From: an uncultured Clostridia bacterium
GTDB taxonomy: Bacteria; Bacillota; Clostridia; Christensenellales; UBA1242
Assembly (NCBI GenBank): GCA_944348085.1
Contig: CALVMU010000004.1
Span: forward strand, 1 to 62,971
Direction of reading: 5' to 3'
Length of the DNA stretch: 62,971 bases
Part shown: positions 29,766-37,928 of the stretch, piece by piece
Numbering within the stretch: the first letter of the stretch is position 1
Layout of the letters: each line of letters starts with the position of its first letter
Notes under the pieces: generated by a model
Database searches by the model: none
Seen by the model: the letters and a program-made list of their open reading frames with translations, nothing else
What the model was told of the DNA's origin: nothing
Program-made: the position numbers and the translations under genes

Positions 29766-30419
29766 ATGAATTTGGCAATTTTTATAATCATGGCAGTTGC
29801 TTGCTTTGCGCTTGCTATTCTAAATGGATTTTTTCAGGACAGAGAAAAACCTTCTGGCCTTATCTTTAATATTGTCACACCGCTTTCATTTCTTGTGTTT
29901 GCAATCATCAGCGGAAACCTAGTTTCAAACTATAACGCGCTATATCTTTCTCTCTGCATTGCAATTGCCTTTTATGTGGCAACCGAGGCTTGCGCAAAAC
30001 ACACCAAGGCAGAAATGATATTAAAGGGCTTGCTCAATATCGGCTCTCTAGTTTTGCTTGTGCTTGGAAGCATTTCACTTGCGCCTTTCACATTTTACGG
30101 TCTTCTTGGTGGCTTTTTGCTTGGGGCAGGCTTTGGTTTTACTGTTTTTGTTGTTTCAAAAGATTGCACTCTGACAAAAAAGATCATTTGCTTTGTTGAG
30201 TTTTTGTTTGGCGGTGTGATTTTAGGTTGCTCATTCTCAAGCGTTATCTCAAGCACACATTTGATTTCTGCTGTGCTATATCTCGTTGGGGCGGTGCTTT
30301 TGTTTGCGCGATATTTCATGCGCGGTTATTTTGGAAAATATAAAACCATTCAAATTATTTCACGCATTGTGTTTGGACTTTCGATGATATGCATAATAAG
30401 TTCAATATTTTTCTATTAA
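29766..30419 (+). CDS. Multi-pass membrane protein (possibly YhhN/lysoplasmalogenase-like)
   Basis: 217 aa with ~7 hydrophobic helices; no sharp motif. Confidence 0.4.
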   Translation: MNLAIFIIMAVACFALAILNGFFQDREKPSGLIFNIVTPLSFLVFAIISGNLVSNYNALYLSLCIAIAFYVATEACAKHTKAEMILKGLLNIGSLVLLVLGSISLAPFTFYGLLGGFLLGAGFGFTVFVVSKDCTLTKKIICFVEFLFGGVILGCSFSSVISSTHLISAVLYLVGAVLLFARYFMRGYFGKYKTIQIISRIVFGLSMICIISSIFFY

Positions 30420-30433
30420 AAAAAGAAAAAAGT

Positions 30434-30462
30434 GTTGACAAAGCGTAAGAAATTGCATATAA
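30434..30462 (+). promoter_or_regulatory. Consensus sigma-A promoter for initiator tRNA
   Basis: TTGACA, 17 nt, then TATAAT. A 14-bp perfect palindrome TTGTCAATTGACAA (30468-30481) lies between the -10 element and the tRNA 5' end. Confidence 0.65.
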
Positions 30463-30489
30463 TAGATCTTGTCAATTGACAAGAGATGT

Positions 30490-30566
30490 CGCGGGATAGA
30501 GCAGCTCGGAAGCTCGTCGGGCTCATAACCCGAAGGTCGTTGGTTCAAATCCAACTCCCGCAACCA
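30490..30566 (+). tRNA. Initiator tRNA-fMet (anticodon CAT)
   Basis: CGCGGG...GTCGGGCTCATAACCCGAAGGTCG...CCCGCAACCA, with the C1:A72 mismatch and three G:C pairs in the anticodon stem. Near-identical in layout to E. coli tRNA-fMet. Confidence 0.92.
30522..30566 (+). repeat. attL core (3' 45 nt of tRNA-fMet)
   Basis: CTCATAACCCGAAGGTCGTTGGTTCAAATCCAACTCCCGCAACCA, identical to 44419-44463. Confidence 0.9.
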
Positions 30567-30614
30567 TTATAAATAAAGGGATGTAGCGATTTTGCCACCT
30601 TCAAAAATTGTGTT

Positions 30615-30646
30615 TTGACACCAATTTTGACACCAAAAAGGAGGTA
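30615..30646 (+). promoter_or_regulatory. Candidate arm-type integrase-binding repeats (TTGACACCA x2) or integrase 3'-end relic
   Basis: TTGACACCAATTTTGACACCAAAAAGGAGGTA matches 28 of 32 nt with 44283-44314 at the end of the int gene. Confidence 0.4.
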
Positions 30647-30678
30647 ACAAAAAGGTAGAAAAATTTCTTTATTGTTTC

Positions 30679-30710
30679 AAAAACTAGTAAATTTTACTAG
30701 TTTTTTATTT
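30679..30710 (+). terminator. Rho-independent terminator
   Basis: ACTAGTAA-att-TTACTAGT followed by a T-run. Confidence 0.55.
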
Positions 30711-30776
30711 TGCCTTTTTCTAATTATAATTGACTAAATCAAAATAATATTTTATAATACAAACAGGAGCACAATA

Positions 30777-31238
30777 ATGAAAACTTTAAAAATAAAAAAC
30801 ATTACTCTATCAGACGATGTAGAAACAAAAGAAGCAAAACAAATATACAAAGTTCAAAAATTAAAATATAGCTTATTAATCATTATACCAGTTATACTAT
30901 TTCTATGCTTTATATTTTGCTTACTTTACGAATCACAACAATATAATGAATATGCAAATTTATTTCCTGGTTTAATAAATAAATATCAAAATCCTGATTT
31001 AATAGTAACCTTTTTATGTTTAAGCATTATAACGTTTCTCATATTAATAATAAATATTGTAATATTTTTTCAAAAATTAAAACCATATAAAGAGCTAATT
31101 GAAATCGCAGAAAGAAATGATAAAATAAGGCATGAAGAAAAAATCAGAGAAATGGAAAGACAAAGATTAAGAAATGAACCAATAACAACAACATATACCA
31201 TAGAAGATATTGAAATAACAAAAAAGCAAGGCGAATAA
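30777..31238 (+). CDS. Prophage-encoded membrane protein (2 TM), opposite orientation to the rest of the element
   Basis: 153 aa with two hydrophobic helices and a charged C-tail; has its own terminator. Confidence 0.5.
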   Translation: MKTLKIKNITLSDDVETKEAKQIYKVQKLKYSLLIIIPVILFLCFIFCLLYESQQYNEYANLFPGLINKYQNPDLIVTFLCLSIITFLILIINIVIFFQKLKPYKELIEIAERNDKIRHEEKIREMERQRLRNEPITTTYTIEDIEITKKQGE

Positions 31239-31256
31239 AACGCCTTGTTTTTATTT
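31226..31256. terminator. Bidirectional rho-independent terminator
   Basis: GCAAGGCG-aataaaa-CGCCTTG(T) flanked by A- and T-runs between convergent ORFs. Confidence 0.7.
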
Positions 31257-31949
31257 TACCTTTTTCTTAAGCTTTTCATACTCAGTTTGGAGTTGCCAAA
31301 CAATATTTAAAAGTTGAGCTTTTGTCTTATCTTCAAAATACGAAAAATCATAATGTTGCTTTGGATCATAAGCAGGGGGAATATCATCCTCATTAATAGG
31401 CTCCTTCTGCTCTTCTTCCTCATCCTCAAATAATTTCTTTTTCTGATTCTGTTGCGCTTTATAATTTTTAACATATTGTCGAATTGAAAGAACAGACATA
31501 TCAGGTCGAAGAACATTGTTTTTAATATCAACCTTCAACTGATCAGTATCTACTGTTAAAAGCTCAAAAAGTTTTGACTTTGAAAAACCGAAAAATTCTT
31601 CAAGTATTACAGGCTTGTCAGTTTCTTGTTCAACAAATTTCTCATAACAACTACAAAGTCTGCTAACTGCTGTTTCATCTAATCCGAGCCCTTGCATAAT
31701 ATTTTCAAAGAACACATATTCATTTTTCTTAGTAACAAATCGATTATAATATGTAAGACTATAATTTTTAAACAACTCTCGAACTTTATAAACATAGAAA
31801 CAAAGCTCAGCAAAAGCATTTTGACCTTTTGCATATATCTTATTAATTTTCTTCAAATAATCATTTAACAATTTAATACCTTCAGAGCAATCATGATCAT
31901 AAGGTTTTAAATCAAAATCATATTCTTCAATCATTTTAAAATTTTCCAT
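31251..31949 (-). CDS. Hypothetical prophage protein (232 aa, acidic linker; possible DNA-binding N-domain)
   Basis: ORF with an overlapping start/stop with the upstream ORF; no firm motif. Confidence 0.45.
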   Translation of the reverse strand: MENFKMIEEYDFDLKPYDHDCSEGIKLLNDYLKKINKIYAKGQNAFAELCFYVYKVRELFKNYSLTYYNRFVTKKNEYVFFENIMQGLGLDETAVSRLCSCYEKFVEQETDKPVILEEFFGFSKSKLFELLTVDTDQLKVDIKNNVLRPDMSVLSIRQYVKNYKAQQNQKKKLFEDEEEEQKEPINEDDIPPAYDPKQHYDFSYFEDKTKAQLLNIVWQLQTEYEKLKKKVK

Positions 31950-32343
31950 CTTTACCTCCGCTTAACTCTTTAATTTGCTGGTCGATTATAAACATAACCG
32001 TTGGGCTATCTATATAAAGAGTGCTATAACCATTTTTCAATGTTTTAATTTCTCTATGGTTATTATCTATTTTCAAAATCAATTCTTCCACTTTTTCAAG
32101 TTCTTGTATTGCGAGTTGAGTTTTATCTCGCTGGCTTGTTTGTAATTTGCTAATCACTTTGTCTTTTTCTTCAAGTTGAGTTTCTACAACATTTTTATCA
32201 TATATATATTGCAAACAAAGTTCAATTACGCGGTCTTTTGTTAGCGTTTGCAAATATTCTCTTATTGCTTTTTCTTTCTTACTCATCATCTTCTCACTCC
32301 AGCTCTCTGGAAACTTATATATATATAGTTTAATTTCTTTCAT
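31936..32343 (-). CDS. Hypothetical prophage protein (135 aa, coiled-coil)
   Basis: ORF in the same-strand array. Confidence 0.45.
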   Translation of the reverse strand: MKEIKLYIYKFPESWSEKMMSKKEKAIREYLQTLTKDRVIELCLQYIYDKNVVETQLEEKDKVISKLQTSQRDKTQLAIQELEKVEELILKIDNNHREIKTLKNGYSTLYIDSPTVMFIIDQQIKELSGGKDGKF

Positions 32344-32357
32344 TTTTCCTCCATAAT

Positions 32358-32592
32358 TTATTTTCTTTTTAAGAGAAGGCGTCTCTTCTCTCTTAAATAT
32401 TCAGGTGTTTCTTTATACAACAAAGCATACTCATAGCAACCATGTTCTTGCATTGCAGAACTTAACAATTTCTCATTGCCAGTCTTTGAAGCTATTTTCA
32501 ATTTGGCCTCACTTTTATGATAAGCTTTCTCAAGTTGCTCTTTTGAAGAACTCAGAGCAAGCTTTTTATGTTTCTTTTTAAAAAATGCCATG
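32358..32592 (-). CDS. Hypothetical small prophage protein (78 aa from MAFFKKKHKK)
   Basis: ATG at 32592 preceded by the GGAGGAATAAAAAC RBS; the track start at 32669 would cross the sRNA promoter. Confidence 0.4.
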
Positions 32593-32661
32593 TTTTTATT
32601 CCTCCATAAAAATTTTATAAAAAGTATTGACTTTTTTAAATTTTTAAAATATAATAACAAT

Positions 32662-32725
32662 GAAATCAACCAAGCCCAAAAGGCATTTTATCAAGCGGTG
32701 ACGCTACACGGGTTGATTTTTTTTT
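32662..32725 (+). ncRNA. Candidate structured small RNA, copy 1 (three-helix fold with GNRA loop)
   Basis: Promoter TTGACT (32627-32632), 17 nt, TATAAT (32650-32655). P1 ATCAACC/GGTTGAT, P2 GCC-caaaa-GGC, P3 GCG-GTGA-CGC, then a T8 run. Two paralogous copies show compensatory changes. Confidence 0.6.
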
Positions 32726-33062
32726 ATTTAAATCTTTTATTATATTTCTTAATCTTCTTTCGAGTTTCCTTTGAAAATCTAAAGTTATTTAATTTTTCTC
32801 TTCCAAATTGCTCTTCTTTTTGCCAGAAAGGTGGACTTATTCTTGTTCGCCTTTTATCTTTACTAAGTTTATCCGGATTTTCACCTATATCATGCGTATC
32901 AAAACCATCATTAATTTTTTGAGCATGCGTAATAGAATTTGCTTTAAACATATGTTTATGTTTAGCAGATATATAAGCGGGGTGAGGCTCTTTTTCTTTC
33001 CCAAAATGATTAGGATTTATATCCATTCTAAATTCATTTTTTCTTAAATATTTTTTACTCAT
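32724..33062 (-). CDS. Hypothetical basic prophage protein (112 aa)
   Basis: ORF. A truncated paralog (C-terminal WQNEEQFGEEKLNNFRFS...) survives at 44928-45035. Confidence 0.5.
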   Translation of the reverse strand: MSKKYLRKNEFRMDINPNHFGKEKEPHPAYISAKHKHMFKANSITHAQKINDGFDTHDIGENPDKLSKDKRRTRISPPFWQKEEQFGREKLNNFRFSKETRKKIKKYNKRFK

Positions 33063-33076
33063 ATTTCTCCTACATT

Positions 33077-34102
33077 TTAATCAAACATAGTTGCTTGATT
33101 ATAATTTTTAAATATTTTGCTCAAATCAATATCGAGAGGAATTAGACCTTTGTCAAGGTCTTTTTTAATTGCATTATCTATTTTTATTTGAAGAACATTA
33201 TAATCACTTACATAAGGTTGACCTTTTGCATTATCGATATAGATATTTTTATCAATTTCTTCAATAGCATCATATTTCAAATTTAAAGGTTTTTCAAAGT
33301 CAGCTCCAATAAGTTTTTTAACTATATCAGGAACCTTCAAATTTGAAGAATAATAAAAACGCTTCTTAAACTTTTCAGTAGAGCCTAAAGCTTTCTCAAC
33401 ATATTTTTTAACATAAGAGTTGCAACGCTCACGACTGCAAATTCTAGAAACAGTTGTAAAACCATAAGCAAAAGAGGTTGCATTATAAATAGGCTCTCCA
33501 TCAGTTTCTTTAAGTTCGTGTAAATGTTTTGTTTTTTCAAAATAATTTTTACAACAATAACCCAAACCTTCTAGTATTCCATATTTATTACGCTTTTTGG
33601 CCCAGTGGCAACAAACTTTACCAGAGTTGACAAGTCCCATTTGCTTTGGTGTAAGACCAGTTACAAGCATATGTAAATGAAAGCAACCATCTTCATGGCG
33701 TTCAGGAAAAGTCATATAAGCAAAGGAGGGGAATTGCTTTTTTAAATTATTAACATATTTAACATAACAATCAAATACTGCAGACTCGTTTGTTCTATCA
33801 ATCTTCTGTTTATCAAAAGTGATCGTAAAAAACCAATCAAAGTCATTCATGTTCAAAATCGTATTCATTAAAATGACTGTTCGATTTAAGCTAGCTGTTT
33901 TTGATGCTAAGATAGTACGTTTTTTGTAATTACGAATTTCACCTGTATCAATATTGCGTTGAACAATTTCCCCAGAGCTTAAAGTGTAGGGGACCCACTT
34001 TTTTATAATTTTTCTATTCGGTTGAAAGTAAAAAGACATTAATGTCTCATTTTTATAAATTCTTTCTTTCGAATATAAATTATAACCTAAAATTCCTCCC
34101 AT
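33077..34102 (-). CDS. Rolling-circle replication initiator (HUH endonuclease, phiX174 gpA / phage CRI-type)
   Basis: Motif 1 FFTITFD, motif 2 CFHLHMLV (HUH), motif 3 SYVKKYVEK (YxxxY-type double tyrosine as in phiX174 YVAKYVNK). Confidence 0.75.
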   Translation of the reverse strand: MGGILGYNLYSKERIYKNETLMSFYFQPNRKIIKKWVPYTLSSGEIVQRNIDTGEIRNYKKRTILASKTASLNRTVILMNTILNMNDFDWFFTITFDKQKIDRTNESAVFDCYVKYVNNLKKQFPSFAYMTFPERHEDGCFHLHMLVTGLTPKQMGLVNSGKVCCHWAKKRNKYGILEGLGYCCKNYFEKTKHLHELKETDGEPIYNATSFAYGFTTVSRICSRERCNSYVKKYVEKALGSTEKFKKRFYYSSNLKVPDIVKKLIGADFEKPLNLKYDAIEEIDKNIYIDNAKGQPYVSDYNVLQIKIDNAIKKDLDKGLIPLDIDLSKIFKNYNQATMFD

Positions 34103-34174
34103 AAAAATAACTCCTTTTAAGTTATAATTTTTTTAATACTTTACAAACAATTAAGAAATTAAATAATTGCTATA

Positions 34175-34357
34175 TTATTTAAAAATCTCATTATTGTAAA
34201 TTTCTTTTCTTTTATAATCTTTACCATAACCTTGAGATACAAAACCACGAGGAACAGGCTTTGATTTTTTACTCTTACCATTTAAATATCTCTTTAAACC
34301 AGTTTTTGTTCTAAAACTAACAATTTCGTCAGTATATGAATTATATAATCTATACAT
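34175..34357 (-). CDS. Hypothetical small basic protein (60 aa)
   Basis: ORF directly upstream of rep on the same strand. Confidence 0.35.
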   Translation of the reverse strand: MYRLYNSYTDEIVSFRTKTGLKRYLNGKSKKSKPVPRGFVSQGYGKDYKRKEIYNNEIFK

Positions 34358-34703
34358 TTTTTACTCCTTTATAAAATATTTTCCGATAAGTGTTATTATT
34401 GTCAAGTAAACACTCCACGCAAGCCCACAAGAGTGTGGGGCTTGCGTGCATTAAATTGGATTTAAAGTCCATAGTTTTTCACAAGGACTATGTAATGTGG
34501 AAATATGGAAAAGTCGTTGACTTTACCACATTCCCAACATTACCACTATGCTTACGGTCAACCGTGGAAATGATGGAAAACTCACAAACTGTCATTAAAG
34601 ACAAAATTTTATCTTGAGTTTACACACATTACCACAGTTGACTGGATATGTGGATAACTCTCCAGGAGAGTAATCCACATACCCACATAGTTATGATTAT
34701 GAC
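34358..34703. promoter_or_regulatory. Structured intergenic region (candidate origin / packaging-signal region)
   Basis: 14-bp GC-rich hairpin 34416-34448. Iterons GTGGAAAT(G)ATGGAAAA (34497-34512, 34564-34580) and CATTACCAC (34538-34546, 34627-34635). 16-bp inverted repeat with DnaA-box-like arms at 34648-34680. Confidence 0.5.
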
Positions 34704-35123
34704 CTAATCAAGTTCATTATCGGCTGGAGCGGGTGGAGAAACAGTCTTTACAATCTCTGGAAATAAAGTCTTTGGCTCTTTCTTAGCTCGTCTTTCCGCT
34801 TCTGCCATTCTTGGTGGCTTCTTTATTTTTTTTGTTTGTTCCAAGAATTCTTGTTGAAAAGGTTTAATCTTTCGCCATAATGAAGAGTGAAAGAACTTCC
34901 AAACAAATCCGTGGGGAATAGTGTCTACAGCTTCATCAAAAGCGATCTTTCTTTTTTCTCTTCGATATAGCGGTTTATCATAAAGCTTTACATATTTAAT
35001 TAAATTATCTTCCATAAACTTCATCATAGTTTCGGAAGCTTTCTTTGCACCAAAGTTTTCTTGTGTCTTTAAATTCTCATTTGAGACAAAGTCTGTTAAA
35101 TCACTATAATTTTTGATTTCCAT
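34704..35123 (-). CDS. Hypothetical prophage protein (139 aa)
   Basis: ORF abutting the Zot-like gene. Confidence 0.45.
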   Translation of the reverse strand: MEIKNYSDLTDFVSNENLKTQENFGAKKASETMMKFMEDNLIKYVKLYDKPLYRREKRKIAFDEAVDTIPHGFVWKFFHSSLWRKIKPFQQEFLEQTKKIKKPPRMAEAERRAKKEPKTLFPEIVKTVSPPAPADNELD

Positions 35124-35124
35124 A

Positions 35125-35979
35125 CTATATAACTCCTATGTTTTTTAAAATTTGTTTGTCATATTCACTGTTTTTATAATATCCACGTGGTGCGACAAAA
35201 TAATGAGTATTATTAAACTCTACATAACTTTCAAGCGTAAATTGATAGCCATCTTCTGTATAATAGTCAAAGCCATTGGTATACTTGCCAGCATAGAAGG
35301 CAGGGCGACAACCTTTGCTATCATAGTAATCAAATATTGGATAGTCAGTTTCAATAATAAGAACTTTTCCTATATCTTTATTTTCGTTTTTCTCTTTTGC
35401 AAGCATATAGCTTTCAGCTGTATCACAAGAGAAAAACTCTCGTATAGTCCAAGTCACTTTTTCAACTATTCCATATTGATTTTCTTTGACATCAATGTTA
35501 TCAACAACCCAAAATCTTTCAGCAATAGAACGAATATTAAGGTCTATATTGCCAAGTCTTTGGCAAGCCATAAAGATGTTATAATCATTGTGTCTATGTA
35601 ATTGATACCAACGATATACTTCTTCTCGAATATATTTTGACATACGGCTATCATAATATTTTTGAGCTTCGTCTAAGAAAATAGTTGAATATGGTGGAAT
35701 AAACTGTGTTTCAAAATATGGGTTATCAAGTGCTATTTGAAAGCCGTCTACATAATATACTTGAAGTCTATTATTTACCTTTACTGAATAATCAGCAAAG
35801 CATAGGTGCTTTTGAGGTGGCAAGTCCACATTAGGAAAACCACCTTGTCTAAGTTTTACAAGCTCGTGCTTGAGATTAAAATAGTCTTCAAGTCCATACT
35901 CGCACATTCGCTCAACAAGTTTATATGTCAAACACGATGTCTTACCAGCACCCGGTATACCACATATGATTGTTATCAT
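35125..35979 (-). CDS. Zot-like P-loop ATPase (inovirus pI-type morphogenesis protein, N-domain only)
   Basis: Walker A GIPGAGKTS, Walker B IFLDEAQKYY, and the Zot-family QLHRHNDYNIFMACQ block. No C-terminal TM segment seen. Confidence 0.7.
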   Translation of the reverse strand: MITIICGIPGAGKTSCLTYKLVERMCEYGLEDYFNLKHELVKLRQGGFPNVDLPPQKHLCFADYSVKVNNRLQVYYVDGFQIALDNPYFETQFIPPYSTIFLDEAQKYYDSRMSKYIREEVYRWYQLHRHNDYNIFMACQRLGNIDLNIRSIAERFWVVDNIDVKENQYGIVEKVTWTIREFFSCDTAESYMLAKEKNENKDIGKVLIIETDYPIFDYYDSKGCRPAFYAGKYTNGFDYYTEDGYQFTLESYVEFNNTHYFVAPRGYYKNSEYDKQILKNIGVI

Positions 35980-37920
35980 TTACGCAATCCTAGTATAAAC
36001 ATTGTAATCTCCCTCAACAGTTTTAACATAATTTTCATTAAGCCAAGAATTCGAGCCATTATCTACTGATGACTTAAATTTAACAACTGAAGGATTTTTA
36101 AACAATTGATAATCAGTATAATCAGGGTAAAAATCATAATAAAAACTACTATCATTAAAAACAACTGTATTTACAGAATAAGAAAACAAACGAGTTGGCA
36201 AACGGCTAGGTCTATATGATATCTCAACATAAGACAAAGATTCGCAATTAGCAAAAGCATAATTTCCCCAAGAACGAACAGACGAAGGAATTATTATAGA
36301 GCTCAAAGATGAACAATCATCAAAACACTGATCACCGAAAGCAGTTATAGTTGAAGGAATTTCATAAGAACTTAAAGCAGAACAACGATAAAAACACATT
36401 TTTGGCAATTCAGTAATAGAATCATTTAAAATAATATTAGTCAAAAGTTCATTGTTGGCAAAACAACGTTCACCTAAAGTAGTAATTTTTGAATCAGATA
36501 AATCAATTTCAACAAAATCACAAGCATTAAAACAATCAGTTGGTAAACCAGTTAAAGCATCTGGGAAATTAATAGAAGAAAGCGATGAGGTAGCAAAACA
36601 ACCTTCTCCCAATGAATTAATACTTTCAGGTAATACAATTGTAGTTAATGAAGAACACAGGCCAAAACATGAACGAGGCAAACTTTCCAAACTATTTGAT
36701 AAGGTTACAGAATTTAAATATGAGCACCAGAAAAATGCAAAATCGCCTATTTCTACTACAGTATCAGGCATATCTATTGTTTTAATTGCAGTTTCATAAA
36801 AACAAGAGTCGCCTATTGTTGTTAAATAATTTGATAATACTACAGTGTTTAATGACTTTGAACCATAAAAACAAGAATTGCCCAATTTTAAAATTGAAGA
36901 GTTTGACATATCTATTTTTTCAATAGTTGATTTTTCAAACACCTCATCACCAATCTCTGTAATTGTATAATCAGAACCTTCAATAGCCTGTCCTGCAGAA
37001 GAAAGAGAATAAGTTGCAGGAATCACAACCTCAGTTTCAGAACCAGTATAAGCAGTTATTACACCATCTTCAATTACATACGGTAAAGGCATTTCTTCAG
37101 GAGCCTCATAACCTATTGGAAATACACTATCAGCAATACGAGGGTATGTTGTTTTATACCCCTCAACCAAATTTTCAGGTACATAAATGGTATAATCAAC
37201 AGGGTCGTCAAAACCTAAAGTATTATTCATTGCGCGAGTTAAAACAGTATCGCTGCGAATAGTTAAAGACTTTAAAGTTTCAGGCATCATGATTGCATTA
37301 AATTTTGTTATTTCAGAAGGAAGGTCAATTGCCGTAGAGTTTGAAAAGTAAAAAGTCATTGCACCTAAAGTATCAATTTTATAATCAGAACCTTCATAAA
37401 AAGTATTGTCTAGTTCTTCAAATTTGCACAAATACAAATCTTCAACATTATTTTCAACAGCCAAAACCTCAAAATCATTCATAAAAATAGCAAAATTTTC
37501 ATAAGTTTTAACCAAATCTAAATTCAAATATGTAACTCGAATAGGGATTTGATAAGCAAATTCTGACGCTGAAAATTCCTCGACAAAACTATAAAATTCT
37601 TCTTCATTTTTTATTTCAACAGTTCTAGAAACATGTTCTTCTTGTGAATAACTTGTTGGAATATTTGAGATTTCAGTTTCAGTTCCTATATATTGCCCAA
37701 GAACATTTTCACTAAAGATCCAATCTGTAATTTCAACTTTTTCAACAGGTTCTTCTGGTTCTTCTGGTTCTTCTGGAGTCTCGCCTGGAGAATCAGGAAC
37801 AGGTTGCTCAATTTGAGAAGAGTCAAAAAGAACATCCCAGTCTTTTATTATAAAAGCCGACCCAAAAGCCAAACATGCAGTCATAGCCAAAATAAATATA
37901 CTAAAAAATATTTTCTTCAT
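35980..37920 (-). CDS. Secreted/lipoprotein-like BspA-type leucine-rich-repeat protein (candidate adsorption protein)
   Basis: Signal peptide MKKIFFSIFILAMTAC, a PEEPEEPEEP linker, and at least 10 LRR_5-type repeats (xLxxIxIPxSVxxIGxxCFxxC). Confidence 0.65.
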   Translation of the reverse strand: MKKIFFSIFILAMTACLAFGSAFIIKDWDVLFDSSQIEQPVPDSPGETPEEPEEPEEPVEKVEITDWIFSENVLGQYIGTETEISNIPTSYSQEEHVSRTVEIKNEEEFYSFVEEFSASEFAYQIPIRVTYLNLDLVKTYENFAIFMNDFEVLAVENNVEDLYLCKFEELDNTFYEGSDYKIDTLGAMTFYFSNSTAIDLPSEITKFNAIMMPETLKSLTIRSDTVLTRAMNNTLGFDDPVDYTIYVPENLVEGYKTTYPRIADSVFPIGYEAPEEMPLPYVIEDGVITAYTGSETEVVIPATYSLSSAGQAIEGSDYTITEIGDEVFEKSTIEKIDMSNSSILKLGNSCFYGSKSLNTVVLSNYLTTIGDSCFYETAIKTIDMPDTVVEIGDFAFFWCSYLNSVTLSNSLESLPRSCFGLCSSLTTIVLPESINSLGEGCFATSSLSSINFPDALTGLPTDCFNACDFVEIDLSDSKITTLGERCFANNELLTNIILNDSITELPKMCFYRCSALSSYEIPSTITAFGDQCFDDCSSLSSIIIPSSVRSWGNYAFANCESLSYVEISYRPSRLPTRLFSYSVNTVVFNDSSFYYDFYPDYTDYQLFKNPSVVKFKSSVDNGSNSWLNENYVKTVEGDYNVYTRIA

Positions 37921-37928
37921 GTTTCACC

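Noticed and set aside
30468-30481. 14-bp perfect palindrome TTGTCAATTGACAA in the tRNA-fMet leader as a regulatory operator
   Set aside because: It is noted in the promoter feature. A single short AT-rich palindrome containing a TTGACA hexamer may simply be a duplicated -35-like sequence, and there is no second copy or associated regulator.
34390-34617. 75-aa plus-strand ORF in the prophage intergenic region
   Set aside because: It starts at a non-ATG codon without an RBS, runs opposite to all neighbours, and spans hairpins and iterons. The region is better explained as cis-acting DNA.
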